This document shows positions 16,378 to 26,167 of a DNA stretch of 64,000 nt, piece by piece. The position numbers were made by a program, and so were the translations under genes. Location: the sequence record NC_031120.1, one strand, 5' to 3'. Within the stretch, counting starts at the first letter, position 1. Every line of letters begins with the position of its first letter. The notes under the pieces were generated by a model. It worked only from the letters and a program-made list of their open reading frames with translations. It searched no databases and was not told the DNA's origin.

Positions 16378-19155
16378 TTAGGACGGGATGCCGTCGTCGT
16401 TCTCTTCTTCCGAACCATCGCCGTCATTGTCAAGGTCGCCAGAATCACCGCCGAGAGAATCAGCATCGCTGCTATCGCCCCCAGTATCATCTCCGCCTTG
16501 GCCATCGTCGTTACCCAGTCCATCATCTCCTCCGAGACCATCATCCTCACCGCCCAGACCGTCATCGCCTAAGCCATCATCGCCACCTAAACCATCGCCA
16601 CCGCCGCCGAGTCCGTCGTCACCACCGCCAAAGCTATCACCCCCACCGAGACCACCGCCGTCGCCATCAGCAACGTCAGCCTGTTTCGCCAGGGTTTCCA
16701 CTTTACCGGAAGTACGCTTAGCCAGTTGGATAATCGTCTTACTGGCCGCAGCCACGTCGTCAGAAATCATCTTCACGTTCTCTGGACGTTTATCATCGTC
16801 GTAGAGCAAGTCGAAGAAGTCATTCTCAATACCTTGACGGCGTAACCAGTTACGGGCGTAGAACGATTTCACCATGGTCTTGATGTTGTTGGCATCCATC
16901 TGCACACCGGCATCTTGCAGCATCGCAGAGATGTCGTCCGTTACCACCAAGTCAGCCAGCTTCTCGAAGAACTCCATACGTTTGTCGAAGAGGTCCATCT
17001 GAGAGCTTGCCGCCGAGGTATCCGGTGGTGGCAGGGTGACTTTGATCCCGTTAATGAACTGACCCATGTACGCCGATGCCTTTTGCAGGTAGTCGGTATT
17101 CATGGTATCCGGTTCGGTCTCTTTGATGTAGCCTACAATCGTCTCCAGCAGCTTGGCTTGCAGCTTTGGCGAGGACAGGGTGGCTGTCACCACATAACGG
17201 GTCAGAGGACGCTGCAGAATCTCCTGCTTCTTCGTAATCTGCTGGGTGACCAGCAACGACTTCGAGAAGATCTGCGACGCGAACTCGATGTTATCCGGGG
17301 TCAATACCAGATCCGGGTCAACACCTGCAATGTGGCAGGTACGTCGCAACAGCGATTCGTCCAGATCTTTATCCGGCGTTTTATAATCTGGCGTGGTGTC
17401 CGACACAGAGATTTTGTGGGAGGAGTAATGTTCGTTCCCTTCCACGTTAAAGGCAATCCCGGCATTGGTTGACATCGCCCAGACATCGTCCATGTTACCC
17501 CACATCGGTTGACGACGGTTGTAGCTGTTCAGAATATCAGATTTGATTTTCGCAACTGCTTCTTCGCCGTTCATCGCATCCGGGGAGAGCTGGATGTCGT
17601 ACTGCATGTGACGCGCAGAGTTCAGAATCGACGAGTTCATGGTCGCAAACAGCAGCGCCATACGCACAGACGAGATAATGAACGCACGTTCGGTAATGGA
17701 CACACCGATACCGTCTTCATCGAAGTCGGTAGCAAAGTAGCACAGGCTCTCTGCCGGGATGTACACCACCTGGGTGTGACGCTTCGCTAAGTGACGGGTC
17801 AGCATGATACGGCCGAAGGTTTCGGTGACGTTCATGTCCACCTCAGCCCCGCCCAATGCATCCCCTAATGCTACCGCCAGCTGGTTCTCAGCAATCTCAC
17901 CGAAACGGCTTAACAGACGGTTCGCAATCTCCGGGGTAACTTTCGCGTTGCCTTCACCCATGCCAATCGCAGCACGGTTAATGGTGGAGTCAATCATCCC
18001 GTCGTTGTTCAGGTAGTTCATGAAGTTCGCATCGCCGTACAGCGAGGAGCGCGCATTAATGAAGTTACCTTGTTCATCGACAATGGCCAAGTAGCCAATC
18101 GGGTTCATCACATCGTCGCCGAGAATCAGCGGCAGGGTGGATTCCGCAGGCAGCAAACGCTCCACGTATTCCAGACGGTTAACGTCATCCATTTGCGCCT
18201 TGCGCATCTCCGCGTACAGCATCTGCTCTGGCGGGGTGCGGTAGGTTTCATTCAAATCAGCAATGTTGATTTGATTAGGAATCTTGTTGTCTTCCTGCTG
18301 GCGAACAGGGCTAGGGTCGAATGTGCCGCCCCCGGTCTGCGTAGTTGGCTTTTCATATGCAGCCTGCTCTAACTGGCCGTAAAATGAACTGCTGGCGTTT
18401 TCCCGCGCAACGCGACGCACCACTTCGGGCATCATGAAAACGTTGCGGTTATCGGTCAGCGAAATGTTCATGTCAGTGAAGCCGGACTTCTCACCGAAGA
18501 GACCTTTCAGGTCAAGCTTGATGGTCTGCGGACCTTCAGGGACGGTGCGGCTACCCAGAATACTTTCGATACCGACCTTCTGCTCACCGGGCTTGGAAAT
18601 CTTGCGCAGATGACCATGCTGCTGAGTAAAGAAGTTGACGCGTTTCTCCGCCAGAATCCCACGCGCGGATTCCTGGGCGACTTTGGTGTCCAAGCCGAAC
18701 AGGCTATCGAACCCTGAGTCCGAGAGAATCAGTACCGGCGTCGCGCCCTTTGATTTCAGGGCATCGTAAATCCATTTGTACAACTTGGTTGGCAACTTAC
18801 GCACGTTATCGTGATAATCACGCAAGTCGTCCAACAGCTTGTCTTTTAAGTCAAGCGGAATGTCGGATACGCAGTCGTAGATTAAGCTGGTGTTAATCAG
18901 GTCTTTCGACGAAAGCAGAGAAGACGTTGCAATGGTGACAATCGTTTCTAACTCAGGCAGAGCCTGATAAATGCGCTGCGCGTTTTTCGTAGTACGAATA
19001 CGCGAACTGGCAATCCCGGTTAATTCTGACCGGGTGGGCGTCGTGCCGCCTTCCTGGCGCTTACCACGTTCTTGGGTCGCGGAAGGGCCTGTGGCTTTGC
19101 GCAGTATTGCGCTTACGGCAGGGTCACGCGCAGTTAATTTACTAATATCGTCCAT
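16378..19155 (-). CDS. portal protein (phiKZ gp129-like)
   Basis: start reassigned to ATG 19155 (GGAG 6 nt upstream), 925 aa; minus-strand gene in conserved position; AQE-162/ARE-252 processing-type sites; G/D-rich tail. Confidence 0.75.
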   Translation of the reverse strand: MDDISKLTARDPAVSAILRKATGPSATQERGKRQEGGTTPTRSELTGIASSRIRTTKNAQRIYQALPELETIVTIATSSLLSSKDLINTSLIYDCVSDIPLDLKDKLLDDLRDYHDNVRKLPTKLYKWIYDALKSKGATPVLILSDSGFDSLFGLDTKVAQESARGILAEKRVNFFTQQHGHLRKISKPGEQKVGIESILGSRTVPEGPQTIKLDLKGLFGEKSGFTDMNISLTDNRNVFMMPEVVRRVARENASSSFYGQLEQAAYEKPTTQTGGGTFDPSPVRQQEDNKIPNQINIADLNETYRTPPEQMLYAEMRKAQMDDVNRLEYVERLLPAESTLPLILGDDVMNPIGYLAIVDEQGNFINARSSLYGDANFMNYLNNDGMIDSTINRAAIGMGEGNAKVTPEIANRLLSRFGEIAENQLAVALGDALGGAEVDMNVTETFGRIMLTRHLAKRHTQVVYIPAESLCYFATDFDEDGIGVSITERAFIISSVRMALLFATMNSSILNSARHMQYDIQLSPDAMNGEEAVAKIKSDILNSYNRRQPMWGNMDDVWAMSTNAGIAFNVEGNEHYSSHKISVSDTTPDYKTPDKDLDESLLRRTCHIAGVDPDLVLTPDNIEFASQIFSKSLLVTQQITKKQEILQRPLTRYVVTATLSSPKLQAKLLETIVGYIKETEPDTMNTDYLQKASAYMGQFINGIKVTLPPPDTSAASSQMDLFDKRMEFFEKLADLVVTDDISAMLQDAGVQMDANNIKTMVKSFYARNWLRRQGIENDFFDLLYDDDKRPENVKMISDDVAAASKTIIQLAKRTSGKVETLAKQADVADGDGGGLGGGDSFGGGDDGLGGGGDGLGGDDGLGDDGLGGEDDGLGGDDGLGNDDGQGGDDTGGDSSDADSLGGDSGDLDNDGDGSEEENDDGIPS

Positions 19156-19170
19156 TGGGGTCTCCGAATA

Positions 19171-21363
19171 ATGCAGAGGTTCAATATCTTTAGAGACCAG
19201 AACATCGAGTTGGCGAAGTCGATTATATTCAAATCGGAATCCGTAGCCCAACAGATGAATCTGGCCATAACCGAAAAAGGCGGTTATGTGTCGAGTGACC
19301 GCAACACATGGCGGTATTACCTGCACCTGGCAGGCAGACGACATGATGCCGACCAACCAATCCTTATCACATCGTTAGATACACAAGAGTTAATCGAACT
19401 GACGACAGAGAACCTGTCTCTTCATAAGAAAACCTCGAACGTGTATCGCTCCAACACCGAGTATATCGATAAACTCATCGAGACGTACCTTGATTACGCG
19501 GTCTATATAAAGGGCTGCTTTTGGCCGGTCCCCTTGCGCATTTCTGTACCCGTACAAGACTGCTCTATCCTCTATTACAACCCGGCATTAGTGGAGTCGC
19601 AAGAACAGTCACTTATCCACAATCTGGAGAAGCTGCTGATTGCCGCCCACGTTCGTTACATGGCGGATGGCTGGAAGGTCCACAACGATGCGTTTGTGCT
19701 CGGCTTCTACGTGATGCTGTTCCCGCAGCTACCGGGGTTGCTGATGCGTCTGCGCGCTGCCAAGCAACACACGTTAGAAACCCACAGCTACTACGTGACC
19801 GAGTTCCTGGCCTCACACCAGGAGCTGCACGAGTTCATTCCGTACATGACACGCACGCAGATGTTTACGGCCTACCGGAACATTCGCTACTGGGAGCGTA
19901 ACTCCGGGAAGAAAGAAATCTTTGACTGGATGATCGAGACCTTCTTTACAGGTTGGAGTATGCCTGCGGTGGCGTACCGTGTGGGGCAGCTGATTCATGA
20001 CCCGTCAACCGGGGATGATGCTGACCTGACGCCGTTGCCGGTCGGGTACCAGGAAGCACTCAACTACACGGAACGTAATTCGGGTCGTGACCTGGACCTG
20101 GTCACCACGGCGGACATCATCACCAAAGAGGTGGCGCTGGCGCACAACAACCCGGTACACCAACCGGAGTACCAGGAAGCGGTTGACCGTCGTCTCGGCT
20201 TGACGCAGTACCCGAATCTGACCACCAAGCTCGTGGAAGTGACGGCAATTGACCCGGAGGCTATTGAACGCTTCGAGTTTACGCACGCCATCTTTAACGA
20301 GTGGCTGCACCTGACCGCGAAAGGGCAGTACAACACCACCCACGATTTCCTCAACCCGACGAACGGTGACACCATCAAGATCTCCACCAAGGAGCTGATG
20401 GCCTTATACCTGTACGCAGGCTTTAAAGGTTTCTCGGGCGTGGCGTTAGAGAAGATTCCGGTCTTCCATGCACTCGGCGTGCAGATTAAGCGCTGGGTCA
20501 GTGTTGCCGAAATGCGTAACCACCTGGTCAACGACAGCTGGGCAGGTCGTTACGATAAAACCGTCAACTACTTCGCGGACACGCAGTACGAAGTGGTTGG
20601 GGATGTCTTGACTAACGATGAGTTCTACGATGCTGCGTCCACGATGATTGGCAACAAGCGTCGTCGCTACGTCTATGCGTATAACCGTCGGAAGATTAAA
20701 GACCGCGCTGCGGCGCTCCAGTTGTTTGCGTACCACTACAAAGATTACCGCTGTGATTTGGAACTCCCGTACCGTGATTACGAAGAGTTCTTCCAAAACC
20801 TGGGATTCGATTACACGATTATCTCAGATGAGACCTGGCAAGATATTGCGACCGATGCGTTTAACATGGGGACCAATATGGAAAACCGTGCGACGCTCTC
20901 GCAGGGTGAAATCCAACGTGCGATGGTAAAACTGATGGGCAAGCTCTCATCGTACACCATTCACTTCGCCGCCAGGATGTCCGCTGACTCCTACGACATT
21001 ACAGACCCCATTACTCCGATACTCGGCGACATTGCCGCCTCGGCTGAGATGAGCACCTGTATTGAAGACCCACACGTTGGGGTGGTGTCAGTGCGTGGTC
21101 GGGCAAAAATGAAGACGGCGAACCCGCTCTCCGTAATGCCAGAAATCACCAAGATGTCCATGCCGCGGAAGTATAAGTTCCGCATGAACATCTACCCAGG
21201 TATTCAGGTACGTGTCCATCAGACCATTCGTGTCGATATCGAGTCGAATGCTGTGGGTGTTGTCTCACAGGCACTGACGAATACGAAAATCACACTTGCT
21301 GATAAAGTGAAGAAAGCTGAACTGGATGGTTTCCGTCCAGGTGAGTTCTTCGACCAGCAATAA
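19171..21363 (+). CDS. putative baseplate/tail structural protein (phiKZ gp128-like)
   Basis: 730 aa, divergent from portal as in phiKZ-like genomes; WRYY.HLAG.. N-terminal motif. Confidence 0.6.
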   Translation: MQRFNIFRDQNIELAKSIIFKSESVAQQMNLAITEKGGYVSSDRNTWRYYLHLAGRRHDADQPILITSLDTQELIELTTENLSLHKKTSNVYRSNTEYIDKLIETYLDYAVYIKGCFWPVPLRISVPVQDCSILYYNPALVESQEQSLIHNLEKLLIAAHVRYMADGWKVHNDAFVLGFYVMLFPQLPGLLMRLRAAKQHTLETHSYYVTEFLASHQELHEFIPYMTRTQMFTAYRNIRYWERNSGKKEIFDWMIETFFTGWSMPAVAYRVGQLIHDPSTGDDADLTPLPVGYQEALNYTERNSGRDLDLVTTADIITKEVALAHNNPVHQPEYQEAVDRRLGLTQYPNLTTKLVEVTAIDPEAIERFEFTHAIFNEWLHLTAKGQYNTTHDFLNPTNGDTIKISTKELMALYLYAGFKGFSGVALEKIPVFHALGVQIKRWVSVAEMRNHLVNDSWAGRYDKTVNYFADTQYEVVGDVLTNDEFYDAASTMIGNKRRRYVYAYNRRKIKDRAAALQLFAYHYKDYRCDLELPYRDYEEFFQNLGFDYTIISDETWQDIATDAFNMGTNMENRATLSQGEIQRAMVKLMGKLSSYTIHFAARMSADSYDITDPITPILGDIAASAEMSTCIEDPHVGVVSVRGRAKMKTANPLSVMPEITKMSMPRKYKFRMNIYPGIQVRVHQTIRVDIESNAVGVVSQALTNTKITLADKVKKAELDGFRPGEFFDQQ

Positions 21364-21378
21364 CCCGGTGAGAAAACT

Positions 21379-21900
21379 ATGTCATATCGCGCAGACTTAT
21401 CGAAGTCCCCGAAAGAAATCTTGCTGAATCGGATTAACTACGTCTTTGGTACATCTTATAGACCGGATCAGATTGAGTTTAACAGTCGAGGTGCGTGGCC
21501 GCTTACTAAGGACGAGCGACGCGCCAAGGGTGTTGAGTCAAAGATAGCCGCTCACTTTAAGAACGGTGTCAGCGGTACCCGTGAATTCTACCTGACACGG
21601 GCCAACCTGACTGAGCTGTTGGATGGTGAAGTCGTCGAAGTTCCCCAAGGGCTACACGAGTGGAGTCATTACCTGGTGCCGTACATTCGCGACTCCTTGG
21701 GTCTCGAACTGGGTGACTACGACTTGCTGGTTGAGCCAATTGACCCGACCGCTGAGCTGTACCTGGCCAAGATTGAGCCACACCACCCATCCTTTAAAGG
21801 GACGATTGTTATCACGTTCATCGACCCGACCCCACGCCGTCTTGCCGAGCTGGTAACCCTGCGCAGCCTCGATGGATTCAATATTGGAGAGTTTTTCTAA
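21379..21900 (+). CDS. virion structural protein, single-domain relative of the 56-62 kb paralog family
   Basis: S.KEILLNRIN and Y.TR.NL..L motifs shared with the array N-terminal domain. Confidence 0.55.
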   Translation: MSYRADLSKSPKEILLNRINYVFGTSYRPDQIEFNSRGAWPLTKDERRAKGVESKIAAHFKNGVSGTREFYLTRANLTELLDGEVVEVPQGLHEWSHYLVPYIRDSLGLELGDYDLLVEPIDPTAELYLAKIEPHHPSFKGTIVITFIDPTPRRLAELVTLRSLDGFNIGEFF

Positions 21901-22787
21901 TGGCTAACAGTAAAACGTACGACGGGAAGCTCTCAACAGCAACCCTGAGCGCGATGCGTTTATCCGCCGCGCTGATTTGCGGTGCACCCGTGCAGTATCC
22001 CCAGAACTCCACGCTGAATGAGTTCTACAAACTGATGACCGCCCGTCAGCCAGACCCGACCGACCGCCCAACCCTGAAATACCTGGCGATTGGTAACCGC
22101 GGCCACAAAGCGGAAAGCGATGGTGGGATTGACGACTTCGTCCCGGTGGGCAAACGCCAGACCGCCTCGGGGATGTTCTCTGACGTGCCGTGGGTGCTGC
22201 GTACCCTGGACAATGACCTGAGCGACGAACAGCGTAAGAACTACCGCTTCCGTACCCAGGTGAATATCAACGGCCGTAACTACTGGGCGTACTACCTGCG
22301 TGTGCTGGATATGCGCACCGTGAAGACCACGGATATCCTGACCACCCGTACCAACGGTGAACCGGTAGTCGAAGACTTCGTCTATACCGATGCTGACCTC
22401 CATCCGGTACCAGGTGCGCTGCCAGACTTCGATTACGACGATGACGGCACCGTGGAACTGCCAGACGGCAAGTACGTGGAATCTGGCGTGGACCTGTTCA
22501 TCAGCTGGACCGAGTTCGACGTGCAGGAATACCTGAACGTGGCCTCTATCATGCGCGGCTCTGCCAACAAAGCGCTGATTTCCGAAATTGCCATGTGCTC
22601 CGGGCTGGATGTGCCGGAAACCGGGCAGTCGGCAACGGGCTCTCCGTTCAGCTACACCGAAGCCATCGGTGTGCAGGCGCTCTACCACATCTCGCTGTTT
22701 GTTAACCTGGCACAGACCAACGAAAACCTCGGTCTGACCATTCGCGTAGGCCAGCCTGCACCGTTCTTCTTAGGGGACGCGTCGTAA
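21900..22787 (+). CDS. putative virion structural protein
   Basis: 295 aa, TAATG-coupled; YLAIGN.GH, F..VP...R...NDLS motifs typical of phiKZ-like baseplate-region proteins. Confidence 0.55.
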   Translation: MANSKTYDGKLSTATLSAMRLSAALICGAPVQYPQNSTLNEFYKLMTARQPDPTDRPTLKYLAIGNRGHKAESDGGIDDFVPVGKRQTASGMFSDVPWVLRTLDNDLSDEQRKNYRFRTQVNINGRNYWAYYLRVLDMRTVKTTDILTTRTNGEPVVEDFVYTDADLHPVPGALPDFDYDDDGTVELPDGKYVESGVDLFISWTEFDVQEYLNVASIMRGSANKALISEIAMCSGLDVPETGQSATGSPFSYTEAIGVQALYHISLFVNLAQTNENLGLTIRVGQPAPFFLGDAS

Positions 22788-23446
22788 TGCTGATACCTGA
22801 ACCGCGATTGCCGGATAAGATGGTGCGAATTGTGGCGGTTGACCCCGGCACAAGTCACCTCGGTTTAGCGGTTCTGGACTGGGAATACGGAGAAGCTCAG
22901 GCCGAAGTGGTCTGGGCCCACACCGTGCACGCAGTCGACCCGACCCACGACAGTGGGTTCGGGGAATACGTTGGTCGTCGTGATGCAAGGATGGTGTTTC
23001 TCCAGGAGAAGTGGGCGGAGTTCTTACGTTTAGCCACTCCTACCTTCGTCTGTACCGAAACGCCGTTCATGCAACGGGCTAAGCTGTCTGCCTACGAATC
23101 CGGGGTAGAACTGCAATTGATGTTGCGCCGAACCCTGTGGCAGGTTTATCCGGGTATGTCGCTCCACGGTTTTAATCCTATTATTGTGAAATCCTTTGTG
23201 GGCGTGGAAGCCAAAGGGACAGACAAAACGCATATGCGTGCGGCTGTCATGAAACTCTACGCCGACCACAGTTTGATAGACCTGTCTGTCCTCGATGAAC
23301 ACAGCATCGATGGCATTGCGGTTGGGAATATCTTTGTGCGGGTTTCATTACTTAATCTAAATAGTCTGCTCCCCCCACGGGAGAAAAAACCGAAGAAGCC
23401 AAAATCGGGTAACTCTCGTCGGAGACGTAGACGCACCAGGGGCTAA
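22787..23446 (+). CDS. RuvC-like Holliday junction resolvase
   Basis: IVAVDPGTSHLG, CTETPF, DGIAVG acidic triad positions; basic C-terminal tail. Confidence 0.8.
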   Translation: MLIPEPRLPDKMVRIVAVDPGTSHLGLAVLDWEYGEAQAEVVWAHTVHAVDPTHDSGFGEYVGRRDARMVFLQEKWAEFLRLATPTFVCTETPFMQRAKLSAYESGVELQLMLRRTLWQVYPGMSLHGFNPIIVKSFVGVEAKGTDKTHMRAAVMKLYADHSLIDLSVLDEHSIDGIAVGNIFVRVSLLNLNSLLPPREKKPKKPKSGNSRRRRRRTRG

Positions 23447-23450
23447 AACC

Positions 23451-24026
23451 ATGTCACAAACCATTCAGGAAGCCACCTCCACCGTCTTGGACGTGCTCAT
23501 CAAAGCGGGCAACAGCACGCTGAGTAGTGATGATGCCTCCAAGGTTAAAGAGGCGGCTGTGGTGGCCGTCGGTTCCGCTGTTCAGATTGATGTTACCAAA
23601 CCCGCCAACTTCATCCTGGCTTCCCTGAGACCGTTGATTGTTGAACAGGTCAACAACTTCGGGAAGTCTATGGAGAATCTGGCAACTGCGTCAATCGAAG
23701 GGATGGATGCCAAGTACGGCAAAGAAACCATCATGACATTGTGGCCTAGCCTGTCCTTCCCGGTAAGGGCGATCATCATCTTGCTGGTACTGACCACCAT
23801 CGGTACCGACATCTACATGATGACCGACATCCTGCGCCGGGACGCAGTGGAGCTGTTCGATGCTGTTACTATCGGACTGTTGCCGCTGATCGGGTTATTG
23901 CTGTTTTGCACTGTGCCAATCAAGACACTGGCCTACACCTCACTTAGCGTGGGAGCCAAGGTAGTAGAGGCGAGACTCCAGAAGTCCACCGCATCGAACC
24001 CGTCGAAGAGCGACACAACGAAGTAA
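23451..24026 (+). CDS. two-TM membrane protein
   Basis: hydrophobic segments AIIILLVLTTIGT and VTIGLLPLIGLLLFCTV. Confidence 0.7.
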   Translation: MSQTIQEATSTVLDVLIKAGNSTLSSDDASKVKEAAVVAVGSAVQIDVTKPANFILASLRPLIVEQVNNFGKSMENLATASIEGMDAKYGKETIMTLWPSLSFPVRAIIILLVLTTIGTDIYMMTDILRRDAVELFDAVTIGLLPLIGLLLFCTVPIKTLAYTSLSVGAKVVEARLQKSTASNPSKSDTTK

Positions 24027-24029
24027 GTC

Positions 24030-24067
24030 ACTCGCTCCTTCGGGAGCGAGTTTTACTTATTTCTTTT
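24030..24067 (+). terminator. intrinsic terminator
   Basis: ACTCGCTCC-TTCG-GGAGCGAGT plus T-rich tail. Confidence 0.88.
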
Positions 24068-24088
24068 ACGTTATCTTGCCTTTATGTG
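24064..24088 (+). promoter_or_regulatory. TAC-N15-TRTG motif
   Basis: TAC 24067, TGTG 24085 (within TATGTG). Confidence 0.5.
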
Positions 24089-24110
24089 TAAACCATAACA
24101 GGACCGCACT

Positions 24111-24710
24111 ATGAAACCACAATTGAGAGTCCGTACGCTACTGTTACCCGGTATCAAACTCCTCAAGGAAATCGGGCGACTGGAAAAGCGCACCTTCACC
24201 ACCGCTGAACAACAGCGTATGGTGCTCGCGGTATTAGACGAGATTTCCTACACAGCCTATGCCGCTGTACCGTGGGAGTACAGCCACGACAAGCCGCCGT
24301 ACCAGGGCATGGCGTTCGTGAAGATTAAAGAGTTCATCCGGGACGTCAGTGACGATGATATCAAATCCATTGTGGCGCGGGTGAAAGCCGCCGCGGTTCG
24401 TCTGCTCCATCCGGAAATCCTGAAAAGCCCAGAGTGGTTGGAAATCGACGCGAATGTGGTGCCCCGTGGTGCCCCGCTTATCTTCGACCACGGTGTCAGC
24501 TACCACTGGTACAAAAACTATCTCCAGGTGCGTTGGGTTCGCCCGACTATTGACTACCGTGAGATGTCCGTGACTACGTATTTCCAGGCACTGCACAGCT
24601 ACTTCCTGAAAAAACACAAAGGGTTAGAAGCTGAGACCCTGGCCGGTGGCCTGTTAACCATCCCCATGAACAAACTACTCACCTCGGAATACGAGGTTGA
24701 AATTCTGTAG
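24111..24710 (+). CDS. hypothetical protein
   Basis: 199 aa, AGGA RBS. Confidence 0.75.
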   Translation: MKPQLRVRTLLLPGIKLLKEIGRLEKRTFTTAEQQRMVLAVLDEISYTAYAAVPWEYSHDKPPYQGMAFVKIKEFIRDVSDDDIKSIVARVKAAAVRLLHPEILKSPEWLEIDANVVPRGAPLIFDHGVSYHWYKNYLQVRWVRPTIDYREMSVTTYFQALHSYFLKKHKGLEAETLAGGLLTIPMNKLLTSEYEVEIL

Positions 24711-24718
24711 GAGTACGT

Positions 24719-25198
24719 ATGCTGATTATCTCGGTCAGTGTGGATAAGATTTCCCCGGAGACCTATCCGGGGCTGCGCAGCTGGATTGAAGAGCTGAATG
24801 CAATACGGGCCACCCCCGTCAATATCGTCATGGCCGTAGAAGACGACAACGTGATGGGGATTATGGTCTGGGAACCGGGACACCTCATTTATCTGGTGGT
24901 GCCCGAAGTCTCCCGGGAATGTGGCGCAGGCCGTTTCCTGGTCAAGTATCTGTTACAGCAATCCGAAGGCAATGTGGCGTGGTGTAAAGTGCTGCCGACG
25001 GCGGTGGATGCAATATGTTTCTTTCACAAGCTGGGCTGGCAGATACAGAGCTGGTACACCGATCATGCTGACCGCCGATACTTTCGTATGACGAATGCAG
25101 TTCCGCAATCGTCGACGATTCCATCGGAGGAGACGCACTTAGAAGCATTCGCGTCAAGCGTGCCCATCTTCCTCTCGATGGCCGGAGGTATATACTAG
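24719..25198 (+). CDS. GNAT-family acetyltransferase
   Basis: LIYLVV...RECGAGRFLV (motif A) and AICFFHKLGW (motif B). Confidence 0.7.
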   Translation: MLIISVSVDKISPETYPGLRSWIEELNAIRATPVNIVMAVEDDNVMGIMVWEPGHLIYLVVPEVSRECGAGRFLVKYLLQQSEGNVAWCKVLPTAVDAICFFHKLGWQIQSWYTDHADRRYFRMTNAVPQSSTIPSEETHLEAFASSVPIFLSMAGGIY

Positions 25199-25214
25199 CC
25201 GCGAGAGTACAATA

Positions 25215-25700
25215 ATGATACGTGTTACATACGAGACACGAAACCTGAATGACCTTCAGGCAAAGCCAGTGCGCTGTGCGGAAATCGTATCGGGGTGTGA
25301 GTTGGATATCGCTAATTCAACTCTCCGAGGAGTACCGATACATATCTTCTCCACCGAGCCCTGGAAAGAAGCTAAGACTTATAAGACTACACCAGCAATA
25401 AGGCCCAGTAATAGAAAATGTTTTACCGACCTCAGGACCCACCTGGGGCGGCACTTCCGGCGGAGTAGATGGAAGGCTTTAGTCATGATGGTTGTTGACG
25501 ACTTCATCCGCGAGTTGGAATGGGAAGAAGTTTTAAGAGAGGCGGGTTTCCGTACAAAACCATTTTCTTATCACTGGCATCACTTCAAAAAACAGTACAC
25601 TATTGCTCTACGCTGGTCACCTGCAACACAAAAGATGTTACCGCGGTTAGAGCAACAGGACTGGCTTCAACCCTATATGGTCGAGGATAACAAGATATGA
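25215..25700 (+). CDS. hypothetical protein
   Basis: 161-aa ORF. Confidence 0.65.
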   Translation: MIRVTYETRNLNDLQAKPVRCAEIVSGCELDIANSTLRGVPIHIFSTEPWKEAKTYKTTPAIRPSNRKCFTDLRTHLGRHFRRSRWKALVMMVVDDFIRELEWEEVLREAGFRTKPFSYHWHHFKKQYTIALRWSPATQKMLPRLEQQDWLQPYMVEDNKI

Positions 25701-26092
25701 TGCGAGCTTTATTGACTGTCTTCTTGGCAGTTTTTTCATTATCAGTTTCAGCCGCGTTCGACCCGAGCCAGATGGTGGGGTTTAAGCCCGCTAATCCGGG
25801 CGACGTGCGCGTAAAGTTCAGCGATTCAGATAAGCCAACGGTGATTGCCGAACATGGCGGATTTGCACTCGTCAACTTTGGTCGTGAGGAGAAGTGTCCG
25901 AGCGGCGGTTTTTACTTAGTCAATGTTCCGCGCGAGACTTATCAGTTTATCGACGCGGGCAGTTGCAGTAGCAAACTCACCGCGACACTGACTGACCCTA
26001 AAGGGTTAGGCAGTCGCACGGTCGTTACCCAGGTGTTGACCTTCTATCTGGGTGAACTGATTACAGCCCGGTATCCGTTGTACGGCTACTAG
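25697..26092 (+). CDS. exported protein with Sec signal peptide
   Basis: MMRALLTVFLAVFSLSVSA-A; two Cys in the mature part. Confidence 0.75.
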   Translation: MMRALLTVFLAVFSLSVSAAFDPSQMVGFKPANPGDVRVKFSDSDKPTVIAEHGGFALVNFGREEKCPSGGFYLVNVPRETYQFIDAGSCSSKLTATLTDPKGLGSRTVVTQVLTFYLGELITARYPLYGY

Positions 26093-26100
26093 GATGGGCC

Positions 26101-26134
26101 CTCTCCCTTCGGGGGGAGGTTCTCTTCTTTTTTT
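26101..26134 (+). terminator. intrinsic terminator
   Basis: CTCCC-TTCG-GGGGAG plus T run. Confidence 0.75.
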
Positions 26135-26167
26135 CGTATCGGGTCAGTGATATAGGAGGACACCACT

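Noticed and set aside
16299-16804. Arg/His-rich and Ser/Pro-rich + strand ORFs
   Set aside because: Frame-shifted antisense readings of the portal's G/D repeat tail
19156-19356. 67-aa N-terminal extension of the portal in the ORF track
   Set aside because: Overlaps the divergent gene and lacks an RBS; ATG 19155 has GGAG
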